The notes under the pieces: model-generated
The model's database searches: none
The model's input: only the letters and a program-made list of their open reading frames with translations
What the model was told of the DNA's origin: nothing
Made by a program: the position numbers and the translations under genes
Part shown: in pieces, positions 38,290-48,453 of the stretch
How positions within the stretch are numbered: the stretch's first letter is position 1
Layout: each line of letters starts with the position of its first letter
Origin: Oculina patagonica
Taxonomy: Eukaryota
DNA: 64,000 nucleotides
NCBI RefSeq assembly: GCF_052425735.1
Contig: NC_135766.1
Span: forward strand, 12,896,001 to 12,960,000
Reading direction: 5' to 3'

Positions 38290-39138
38290 GGAGGCTCCAT
38301 GTAGTTTTTTTAACCAAAGGGTGGTTGTTTTGAAAATTAAAATTACCTAGGAAACCAATGTTCAATTTTTACCACAATACACCATACTGATCAAATATGA
38401 CCAAATTTTAATTTTTTACCCGTCACTTAGTCACAAAGGTTGCCATAGCAACCATTGACGTTTTCTTTTGTTCTCAAACAAGCTTAATTTTCTCAAAATC
38501 TAGATTGACTTTTGGTATTCATTTTTTGATATGCTCGAGTTTAGTAGATTGACTACCTGTACACAAAATTTTAGGAAAATCTGTAAGAGCGTTTAAGAGT
38601 AAATCAAGAATGAAGTTTTTGGTATTTTCTTTTTATTTCCTGCAATCGGCAGTCGAAATATTTTTACAAATTAAAGCAAAAACTCTTTCGCTTTCAGTTT
38701 ATGGTCTTTGATGGTGTAAGTATTTATATTTCAGTGAGAGTAACTGCGCCCAAATAATACGAAGCAATTTAAAAGTGCCTATTTTATATCAAAACGGGGT
38801 TTTTCTGAAAATTTCATTCTTGATTTACTTGAAAACGCTCTTGCAGATTTTTCTAAAATTTCGTCAACAGTTAGTCAATCTACTAAACTTTAATATATCA
38901 AAAAATAAACACCAAGAGTCAATCTAGATTTCAAGAAAATCAAGCTTGTTTGAGAACAAAAGAAAAAGTCAATCGTTGCTATGGTAACCTTTTGTGACTA
39001 AGTGACGGGTAAAAAATTACAATTTGGTCATATTTGATCATTATGGTGTATTTTGGCAAAAATCAAACATTGGCTTCCTAGATAATTTTAATTTTCAAAA
39101 CAACCACCCTTCGGCTAAAAAAACTACATCGAGCCTCC
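38290..39138. mobile_element. Kolobok-like foldback MITE
   Basis: TTAA|GGAGGCTC...GAGCCTCC|TTAA with ~310-bp imperfect TIRs. Confidence 0.8.
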
Positions 39139-41618
39139 TTAACTCTCTCTAAATCACCTTACTCAATAATTTTCAGTTTATTGGAAAATTTGGTTTAAAA
39201 CAGAATTTTCCCAGTTTTTTTAAGGTACCTCACTCGATTTGCTGAGATAGCGAATTTGACGTGTGACTGTAGCTGTGTGGAGTTATTTTTGTTTGGATTT
39301 GCTGAACATTGATAAAATCCGGTTATTTTGCAATTCTCTTGACCAAGGTAATTAGAAGTTAGCAATCAGTGAGTATTAAGACTTGATAACCTTAATTCAG
39401 TATTTATCATAATAATTGTAATATAATGTTTGGTAGCTAGGGCTAGTGTTTAGTTGTAATAATTCAGCTTTAAATTGTTCGAGTTCTAGTCAAGGATTAT
39501 TTCAAATATTAGTGCTGGAAAAGAAAAATTCGAAGTGCAGAACTTGAGTTTCTGGAAATCGAGAATACTTTTTAAACTGTCTCCGCTGAAACAAGCTTTT
39601 TTGTGACTCGGTATAAGTCCACACAGTTTATAGCTTTGATTAAGTGAAAACAAAAAAAAAACTAGAAAGGCATTTTGTAGTGCCCAAATTTGTAAAAAAA
39701 AAAAAAAAAATGGCAGATTCTTATTCGCAAAATTTCTGAAAGGTGGAATTTGATAAGTCTGCTACAAGCATGTCAGAGTTTTTATATTTTTACAATTAGA
39801 TTTTTACATTTTGTATTTTCTGTACAACGGAGTAATGTACATACTATAACACGGCCTTCGATTACCAACCATGCAAGTGCTGGTTGGTAGCACATGAGTA
39901 GTACAAGTATATAATTAATATTGCAGCATAAAAAAGCCTATTAATGAAATTTGGATATTTGTTTTATAGAGAAATCACAAAATAAGTGATCTGTTATCCA
40001 TGCTGCTAGATTTTTGGGGTTATTATAACTTTTCTCGGATATACATATATATATACCATTGCAAGTGCTTTATTTTTAGTTAGAAAGTTGTTGATTTTCT
40101 TAAGAGTCGTGTCCTTGGCTGTATTTTAAGATTTTTCTGTAGAGGAAAAGTTTGGGAATAAGCTGAATTGATCAACATTTGTAATAAGCCAAGAAAATAA
40201 ACCAGTGTTTCATAACCGTCATTAAAGTTGCCCATCTTCATCTTGTGAGATTGGTCACAAAACCACCTTTAAAGAGTAAGGATCATGTTCCCTAGCCTGT
40301 ATACAGCCGTCCTGCTCCGGTCCGCGATTTTTTTTTAGCGTAGCGGGACGGCTGTACACAGGCTAGGGAACAGGATCCTTACTCTTTAAAGGTGAGACGG
40401 CTGTACACAGGCTACCTGATCCCGGGGTAAAAATTCCAATGATGAACATCCTTAGGGCCAGGCCAAAAGTTGAACTTCACATGAGTCGAACCTAATGCAA
40501 ATGACCAAAAACGATAGCTTTTGCTCATTTGCATTAGGTTCGACTCATATGAGGCCCGGGCCTTTGCTACCGTAGTTATGACTTGGCCTGCTTGCACAAA
40601 AGATTAATGATCACAACATTGTTTCTTGACATACATCAAACTTAAAATCCCAGGAGTTTGATGTCTTTTTAAGGAAGTTTTAAAACCCTCTTACGTCCTC
40701 TCTAATGTAAGATAGCACTATGGAATCGAATGAACGATCTTCTCCATCAGAGGCGGCGGAGCGTTTTTAAACGTGTGTGTGTGTGTGGGGGGGGGGGGGT
40801 CATCGTACTTCAAGTGAAGCACATACCCCCGGAGGGGGCGGATCCCCCTCCTTAAATTGCCTAAAGTGTCTTAAACAGTTTCCCTTGTGTCCGTAATCGA
40901 TTTGTGACAATGCATAACTAGGCAGTTCAGACGATCCTGCTTCATGGTGCTTTCTGAGTTGTTCTTTAGACGTCGGAGGGCACAAAATGTACGTCCTGAA
41001 ATCGCCGAAGCTACAGGTAATGCCAAACAGAATTATAACAGGTTGCAGACCATATAATTCCGCCAAGCACGATGCTGATAAAACGATTTGTGTCTTGACA
41101 AACCATTGTATGCTGCACTAGCAATACTTTCGGCACTGAAATGTGGGTGGGGTGGGGGATGGGGCTGAGCCCCCAAATTTTTGTTTGGGGACTTCATGAT
41201 CAAATGCAAAGACAGAAAGCAAAGCTGATACTACTTGTAGGAAAAACGCTCAAAGCGTCAATGACATGATACGGCACAAACTGAAAGCCAAAATGCAACC
41301 GTGGTCAGTTGTTTAGCTCTTGCTCTTGGGACTGGTGGAGGGCTGGTACAAAGGTCCCGCAACCCGCCGGCTAAAAAGATGGAAACTGGAGACGACAATG
41401 AGGGTCTGAATGGGGGTACTTCGATAACACTGAACACTTTTTTGCCTCTGTAATATGAAACAGTAACATTTTAGGCATTTAAACACTAGCAGTAAAAAAT
41501 TCACTGTAACAGTAAATTTTATCCAGAAAGAAACAAAAACGGCTCCAACGTGGCCAATATTATTTTATTTAAAAAAAAATTCGAGAAAAAACTCTTTTAA
41601 GTGTCAAAAAATTAATAT

Positions 41619-41655
41619 TTACAGACGTTTCGGGCAGAGCCCTTCTTCAGTGTAA
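41619..41655 (-). ncRNA. Minimal type I hammerhead ribozyme
   Basis: Minus strand TTACA-CTGAAGA-A-GGGC-TCT-GCCC-GAAA-C-GTC-TGTAA: CUGANGA and GAAA cores, stem I TTACA/TGTAA, stem II GGGC/GCCC, GUC site. Confidence 0.8.
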
Positions 41656-41813
41656 TGTAAAAATGCCGATGTTAAAAAGCGAGTTGCGCCATACGAAAAA
41701 CAAACGGCTGGCGCGCGCAATACGAGCGCGCGCGAATTTCACACAGTCGATTAATTATGGATTGACGTACAAATAAAATGTACGGCGCATGTTGTTGATA
41801 TGCGCAGGATCAG

Positions 41814-43049
41814 TCAAATAAAACTGAAATTAATGTTCAGTCCGCTCGGTCTGAGAGAACCGAGCTCGAAAATCAGTCGCATTTCCTGCTGTTTCCGGCG
41901 CGTGTTGCCGCCACTGCACTGTTTCAGGCCACAAACCGCTATGTCGTCGAGTGAGTGGGAGGCTGAGTTGAAATGTTCAGCCACCGGGAAGCCAGGAGAG
42001 TGGTTACGGATACTTCGCAAGTGCTCACTGAAACGTTCCCGGAGGCGCCTCCCAGTCTCACCGATGTATAGGACCGAACAACGGCGACAAACGATGCAAT
42101 AGACAACATTTTCAGACTGACAGGTGAAGCGATCACGGATGGTATAGACGCTCTTGGGGCCCTGTATGTTAGTTTGGGGTGTGGTGTACTTGCACGTCAG
42201 GCAACGAGGACGTCGGCAGGGATAAGTTCCGGCGACTGAGTGCGTGTATCCAGAGGAGTGCACGAGAGCATCCCTGAGGTTTTTGTCCCTTCGATACGAC
42301 ACTAGGGGGAACTCGGTGAAAATCCTGCGTGTCTCAGGATCAGTGGACAATATGTCGAACTTGTCCAGCAGGATGCGTTTTGTGCCGGTGTTGAAGGGGT
42401 TGTACGTTAATACGAGCGGCACTCTATTCTCTGCGTTGTCGTCCCGGTGTGATGGTGGTGTTAGTGCGTCGTCTCGGCGGACAGTTGATACCCTGCGTAG
42501 GTCGTTGTCGAGTGAGGCCTCGGGGTAACCACGCGCCAGGAAGAAGGTCTTCATTTCCGAGGTTCTGGCTACAAAATCATCATTATCAGAACAGATTCGG
42601 CGAAGTCGAAGAAACTGGCTGTATGGGATTGCCTTTTTACAATGATCCGGATGGAGTGACGTATGATGGAGGTAATTGTGTGTATCTGTCTCCTTGTAGT
42701 GCACGGACGTCTGTAGGGTGTTGTTTTTAATTGCCAGCTTGATGTCGAGAAAAGGTAGTTCCAGTTCACTGATGTTGGATGTGAACTGCAGGGCTGGGTG
42801 ATAGTTGGAGACGTAATTGATAAATTCCTCCAGATCAAGGCGACTGCACTGTGCAGCTCCGACTACATCGTCAATGTAGCGTTTGTGAAGTTGGGGTACA
42901 AAGCCGGTGTAGTTGGAGCGGATCTGTTCTTCAATGTAACCGACAAACAGGCACGCATAGTTGGGACCCATTTTGCTTCCCATTGCCACGCCTCCTATCT
43001 GGCGATAGTGTTGATCGTTAAATGAAAATGCATTGAGATTCAGTACCAT
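41814..43049 (-). CDS. Penelope-like RT (partial) and GIY-YIG endonuclease
   Basis: GVAMGS, RYIDD, LPFLD, S.HP, then VVYCIVCRRC...YIGETGRRLRERFSEH...GLN. The frame is open, but the RT N-terminus is missing. Confidence 0.92.
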   Translation of the reverse strand: MVLNLNAFSFNDQHYRQIGGVAMGSKMGPNYACLFVGYIEEQIRSNYTGFVPQLHKRYIDDVVGAAQCSRLDLEEFINYVSNYHPALQFTSNISELELPFLDIKLAIKNNTLQTSVHYKETDTHNYLHHTSLHPDHCKKAIPYSQFLRLRRICSDNDDFVARTSEMKTFFLARGYPEASLDNDLRRVSTVRRDDALTPPSHRDDNAENRVPLVLTYNPFNTGTKRILLDKFDILSTDPETRRIFTEFPLVSYRRDKNLRDALVHSSGYTHSVAGTYPCRRPRCLTCKYTTPQTNIQGPKSVYTIRDRFTCQSENVVYCIVCRRCSVLYIGETGRRLRERFSEHLRSIRNHSPGFPVAEHFNSASHSLDDIAVCGLKQCSGGNTRRKQQEMRLIFELGSLRPSGLNINFSFI

Positions 43050-44197
43050 ATTTAGTATATCAAGAAGTTTTCGGCCATTTTCCGACGATTCCCGATAATT
43101 TTGGAATATTTCCGAAGACTACTGAATTGATCTCTGGAGACTACCGAAGATTTCCGAAGATTGCCTATGATGTCCGAAGACTACCAAAGATTTCCGAGGA
43201 GAAATTTGAAAATTTTCAAAGCTCATGAGTGATTTTATTACCGATTTTCAAAGAGCAGATAAGAATTTACAATGCTAAAAGACTATGGCTTTTTTTACGA
43301 AAAACCCTCCAAACACTTAACAGTATTTTCTCCAGAAACAGTAAACATTAAAAAATTGGCCAATTTACACACACTAAAAAATATTGGCGAATAACACTAA
43401 ACATTAAACTCCATTCAGACCCTCCACAATGGCACCGGAGTTTGTGGGATTTAATGTGTTGTGTTCTTTCACGTTGTGTTCTGGTGTTGAGGCGAGAGAG
43501 GGGCATGAGGGGGATATGTGCGCACAAGCTGAGAATTCTAAAACAAAATCAAGTTTTTATGAGGCAAGGTTCGCTCACAAACAATGATTTGTTTTCTTTT
43601 CAACAGCAGGTCGACATTTCTTTAGCGTTTGACGACTCACATTGTACAAAAGGATTATCAGTGTCACTTTTTGGAAGTTCAAAAATAAGGCTTACATGAA
43701 ATTGAGGCTAACCTCACAAGCAAAAATTGATGCCTACTGTGTTGACCACGTCCGCTAAAGCTTTGATTGACAGTTTATATACTCTATTTTCTCAGATAGC
43801 TGAACCCGCAAAAAAAAGCAACGTAAGAGAAATAAAACTACCTGCTGGACTGTGAAACAGCCCCAATTTTAACGCCATGGGTTCTCTGTAAATAGCGCAA
43901 ATCCTTTAATCGTCTCAAGCTTTGTCTGCCACTGTAAATTATGATACTTATACTGAAAAGGAATTCTTTGTTTGATCTCAGAATACGTATTGTTTAATAA
44001 GCCCGGCACCGTAGAAAAAAATAAGAATTTGCTCAGTAGCTCGCCTATTGCCCAAATAATCACCGCTTGGTATCGCTGCGTAAATTAAGTCTTAAATCAA
44101 CAGCGTTGCATGGTTGATCAAAGAACGAAGGAAACTTGGCACAGTTCTCTGTCACGAAATGTTAGAGTAGTGAGGGAAGGACCGAATTAACCCCTTC

Positions 44198-44492
44198 TTT
44201 GTGGAATAAATTATTTTTTGTGGAATTAATTAAGTAGGTGACGTCATAGGGGCGTAAGTGACGTCATCAAAAATGGGGCGTAATCTAAAAATAGAAAAAA
44301 TTACCTTTTATTTGTGGAATTAATTATTTTTTGTGGAATTAATTAAGTGGGTGACGTCATAGGGGCGTAAGTGACGTCATCAAAAATGGGGCGTAATCTA
44401 AAAATAGAAAAAATTACATCATCGGGCATAATCTAAAAATAGAAAAATTACATCATCGGGGCGTAATCTAAAAATAGAATAGTGACGTCACA
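44198..44492. promoter_or_regulatory. Subterminal repeats with five CRE/ATF palindromes (TGACGTCA), mirrored at ~49600-49896
   Basis: Two 113-bp direct repeats each contain two TGACGTCA, and a fifth lies at ~44483. Function is inferred only. Confidence 0.55.
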
Positions 44493-45394
44493 ATACCCCA
44501 GGGGTAAACGTCATAAAAATGATGAGATCATAATTTAAAAATAGAATAGGGACAGTATTGCCTTCATCTTGTTTATTGTCGCAAAATAAAATAATATTTT
44601 GATATAGGTCAAAGAATCTGCATTCAGAAGTCTTTTTAAAGGCAAAATTATCGGTATATTTAAGCTTTGTGGAGCAGCCGACCGAAAAGTCATGGGAGCG
44701 ATTATTTCTCGTTTCCATTCTAACTCGGGCAATAGTTCGAATATAATGTATGCAGGTTGGCGCAATGTTTTGCTGTGAAAGACCATTGTCGCATTTTCAT
44801 ATTCCCGGCATATTCTGTTCATCTCTGGTAAGTTTTTGCTTCTAGTCCAAACTAGAATTAAATAACTTCGTGATCCTTAATCAACTAACGCCAAGATTTA
44901 TCGCACGCGAATTCGCATCAACTTGAACTAATTAGTTTACGAAATCAACATTTCACTGGCACTTTTTTGTTTAACGAAATTACGTTTGTGAAGATCCATG
45001 ATGTCATAATTGAACTTTCTACTCTATGGCGGGAGCGGTTTTCAGCATAACACAGAACAGGCATGAGTATTTATTTCGGTCAAAGTTTTTAGCTTTGTAA
45101 TTATGCAAGTTGTCTTGTCGCATACATTTAGTACTGCTAACATACCGGTAATTGTTTTTAAAACAATGGTAAAGACTCGATGTGCTCTAGTGAACAAAGC
45201 ATGACCAATCGAAAAGTTAAAACAATAGAGTGAACGCGCTTCAGTGACCTCGGATATAAACAAGGATTTCGAACCGCTTATGATAGAAAACATATCGGTA
45301 CAGAGTTTAAAAAAAATCATACACTAAACACACAGATTGTAAGTAAGATAAACTTTTATTTCGATCGTTCAACATGGCATTACAATGATTTAAT

Positions 45395-46603
45395 TTAATA
45401 ATCCTCTTCTTGTCCTTTGGAAGATTTGTAAGGCGAGTTTTTATGTATTCGCCGGGAGCGTCTTGAAGGCCTTTTCGGTTCATCATCCCAGTAATTTACG
45501 AATCGGATTTGAGGTCGTTTCCGCTTTTTAGGCGGAGATAATGATTCCACCGTGGGAGGAGGGGTCAAGTTGCCTGCGGAAGATATTTGTTTCTGCCCTT
45601 CGGTTGCTTCTGGTATAGAATTGAGCTGGTGTTTGTATGTCAAAAACCTGTTTTGCAGCTGTATGTATTGCCTTGCTTTTTCGTCTTCTGCAAGGTCTCC
45701 ACGAGAGAGAAAGCCATCCATATTGTTCTGCAAGCGTTGCGTTTCCGAAAGTACCGGGGGAATCATCAAGTTTTGCTGCTTAAGATATTGCACTAGTTCC
45801 TTAGAAACGTTGCCTTCTACTTGGCCTTTATCGAATCGTTCTTCACCAGGTAATACGTTCGTTCGCAATCTGCAACTGTCCTGAGTGGTTGGTTTAAGAT
45901 AAACAAACAGATAACCAAATGGTCTCTGTACCGCGTCTTCATACTGTTTCATAAACCAAGCAGTTTGTCCAGGATACATTTGTTTTGCTAGTGTCAAAAT
46001 CTGCAGTTTGTCGCGGGAGTTTTTGAAAAGTACCAAGTAATGGCTGTTTAAGCTGATGCTTCGATTGCCTTTGCCTTGATGGAAGAGGTTTTGCACAATG
46101 TAAATGACACTCAAGTTGCGATGATGCGATCCTTTAGTAAACAGGTTCACGACTCGGTTATCACTTCCGGCTTCGATCATTTGGTCGTCGATGACAATCA
46201 AGTTTCGTTTATTAACATCAAAGTAAGAATCTTGTTCTAAGGTCTCAGGGATACCCTTGCTAAATTCAATTCCAGGTATCGCCATCAACAACTCGCTGTA
46301 GGCCGGTTGCCACTGAGAATAGCACCAAACAATCCTCTCAGGGGGTAGGTGAATTGTCTTGTGAGCCTGTTGCAACAAAGATTTAACCCAGAGCGTCTTG
46401 CTCGAACCTGTCATTCCCGCCACCATAGACACCACCATACAGGTAAACGGATGCCCAAGTGAAACCGCTGACACTTTTCTCGAGAACTCCGACATAGTTT
46501 GAAATGGAGGAAAACCGGAAGTACTATGTTTACTGCTCATGTGTCTTTGCATGCTATCTTTCCTTGAAAAATTTTTTTGACAAATAGGACAGGACCAACT
46601 CAT
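45395..46603 (-). CDS. C2H2 zinc finger plus Polinton A32/FtsK-like packaging ATPase plus C-terminal extension (~402 aa, possibly inactive)
   Basis: MSWSCPICQKNFSRKDSMQRHMSSKH; HPFT...AGMTGSSKT (altered Walker A); LIVIDD; LFTKGSHHRN; IVQNLF; RPFGYL. The likely start is the ATG at 46603, not 47182. Confidence 0.85.
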   Translation of the reverse strand: MSWSCPICQKNFSRKDSMQRHMSSKHSTSGFPPFQTMSEFSRKVSAVSLGHPFTCMVVSMVAGMTGSSKTLWVKSLLQQAHKTIHLPPERIVWCYSQWQPAYSELLMAIPGIEFSKGIPETLEQDSYFDVNKRNLIVIDDQMIEAGSDNRVVNLFTKGSHHRNLSVIYIVQNLFHQGKGNRSISLNSHYLVLFKNSRDKLQILTLAKQMYPGQTAWFMKQYEDAVQRPFGYLFVYLKPTTQDSCRLRTNVLPGEERFDKGQVEGNVSKELVQYLKQQNLMIPPVLSETQRLQNNMDGFLSRGDLAEDEKARQYIQLQNRFLTYKHQLNSIPEATEGQKQISSAGNLTPPPTVESLSPPKKRKRPQIRFVNYWDDEPKRPSRRSRRIHKNSPYKSSKGQEEDY

Positions 46604-46651
46604 GTCAACTCTCTCACAACTCAACGAGAACTGAATTTCTGTGCAATGTTT

Positions 46652-47183
46652 CACAATTATATTGTTTATCTCCACCACCACCACCACAATTCTATTGTTT
46701 AACTTCACCACCACCACCAAAATTCTATTGTATAAGTCAACCACCACCACCACCACAATTCTATTGTTTATCTCCACCACCACCACCACCACCACCACCA
46801 CCACCACAATTCTATTGTTTAACTCCACCACCACCACCACAATTCTATTGTTTAACTCCACCACCACCACCACAATTCTATTGTTTAACTCCACCACCAC
46901 CACCACAATTCTATTGTTTATCTCCACCACCACCACAATTCTATTGTTTAACTCCACCACCACCACCACAATTCTATTGTTTAACTCCACCACCACCACC
47001 ACCACCACCACCACCACCACAATTCTATTGTTTATCTCCACCACCACCACCACCACAATTCTATTGTTTAATTCCACCACCACCACCACCACCACCACCA
47101 CCACCACCACCACAATTCTATTGTTTATCTCCACCACCACCACCACCACCACAATTCCATTGTTTAACTCCACCACCACCACC
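46652..47183. repeat. Compound minisatellite ACAATTCTATTGTTTAACTCC + (ACC)n, about 14 units
   Basis: Read directly. It lies between the divergent ORFs of the element. Confidence 0.95.
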
Positions 47184-47233
47184 AGTATTAATTATAAAGA
47201 AAAACCTTACTACCGTTAGTTCATTCTTTAATC

Positions 47234-47560
47234 ATGACTCGTGTAGTAAAGAACAATCGAGGTTTCCTTCAACTTTTAGCTGACTGTCCTTCTCATCAAC
47301 GCCAGTTTCTTCTTAAGACAGCCACTCCACAACAGATGCACGCATTAGTGCAACTTATTCATAACGTTCTCAAGGAAAACATACCAATCTCTGAAGAAGA
47401 TAAGCGTAAAGTGATACCCTACAAGGATGCTCTAGTCAACCTCGTTGAACCAAATGTTCCCTTCAAGACAAAGAAACGAATTCTTGTACAAGAGGGTGGA
47501 GGCTTTATTCAAGAATTATTGACCCCTGTTATAAGTAGTTTGGGACTTCTTATGTTATAA
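47234..47560 (+). CDS. Small Polinton-type protein with a C-terminal GG-F motif and amphipathic helix
   Basis: KKRILVQEGGGFIQELLTPVISSLG resembles small Polinton/adintovirus proteins and adenoviral protease-cleaved pX-type precursors (recognised from memory). Confidence 0.65.
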   Translation: MTRVVKNNRGFLQLLADCPSHQRQFLLKTATPQQMHALVQLIHNVLKENIPISEEDKRKVIPYKDALVNLVEPNVPFKTKKRILVQEGGGFIQELLTPVISSLGLLML

Positions 47561-47622
47561 GAGCATAGCTGCATCCTTAAAATTGATCATTTATATCTTG
47601 CTTTTAACGAGTGCTGGTCAAT

Positions 47623-48453
47623 ATGAAGAGAAAGATAGACTGGGACGATGAAGAGGAGGAAAGCGGACAAGAAGATAGCACAACCTCTGATGACGAGAGC
47701 GATGACGAGGAACCCCGGATAAACGATGTTTTAAATAATCTTTCCCAAGCTGTGTCTAGAAAGTATGCTTCTGAACTGCTGCATAGCATGGCCACCTCCA
47801 AAGATATCTTGTTTTGGACACCACGCGGACAATTACTCCGAAATCAACGCATAATACCAGTAACAAACATTTCAGAACTGGTCGAGTATGTGCTACTTCC
47901 ACATAACGATGATGTAGCCAAACCCCGCGCACTCAATACCTTTTCAGAGGGACTGGCGGAGCTGGGAGTTAATAAGCGTTTGATAAAGAATAAGAAAGTT
48001 CTAAGCGATATATTACAAAAAGAACAAGCCTATCGTGATAAAGAGGAAGAGGAGGATGACAATAACTCAACTGGCAGTAGTGAAGAGGAGGGAACAGCTT
48101 CTGAGGAGGGTAGTGGAGATGAGGAATCTCAAGGGAGCGAGAGCGACAGCGATGAAGAAGCCGAGAATAGCGATTTCGAAAATGTAATTCAGACAAAAGC
48201 TAGTTCTCGATGTGAACACTGGGAGGGTTCCAATGTATATGATACTGCGATCATGAAATGCCCGAAGTGCTTTTGGGAAGATAACTGTAAAATTTGTCCT
48301 ATATGCGAGCACGAAATCCCTCTTGACCGAAAGCACGGAAAGGATACTTTGCGTCGATGTTACGATTGCGGAGCTATAACACACAAGAACGTGGAGACCT
48401 TGCAGAAGACGAAAAAGCAAGGCAATACATACAGCTGCAAAACAGGTTTTTGA
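47623..48453 (+). CDS. Polinton-associated protein with acidic tracts and a Cys-rich C-terminus, truncated or fused at 48390
   Basis: W-x3-G-QL...IPVTNISELV...P...F...L...GV...LIKN block, D/E-rich tracts and CxxC pairs. The last ~20 codons derive from the inverted arm. Confidence 0.6.
   Translation: MKRKIDWDDEEEESGQEDSTTSDDESDDEEPRINDVLNNLSQAVSRKYASELLHSMATSKDILFWTPRGQLLRNQRIIPVTNISELVEYVLLPHNDDVAKPRALNTFSEGLAELGVNKRLIKNKKVLSDILQKEQAYRDKEEEEDDNNSTGSSEEEGTASEEGSGDEESQGSESDSDEEAENSDFENVIQTKASSRCEHWEGSNVYDTAIMKCPKCFWEDNCKICPICEHEIPLDRKHGKDTLRRCYDCGAITHKNVETLQKTKKQGNTYSCKTGF

Larger units (their letters stand above)
41570..43050 (-). mobile_element. 5'-truncated Penelope-like retroelement
   Basis: RT C-terminal half plus GIY-YIG ORF, followed by a hammerhead motif. 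The 3' boundary is approximate. Confidence 0.9.

Noticed and set aside
46604-47219. Poly-Val N-terminal extension (to 47182, minus) and poly-Thr ORF (46641-47219, plus)
   Set aside because: Both are translations of the (ACC)n minisatellite and start at GTG codons. The ATG at 46603 directly precedes the zinc finger.
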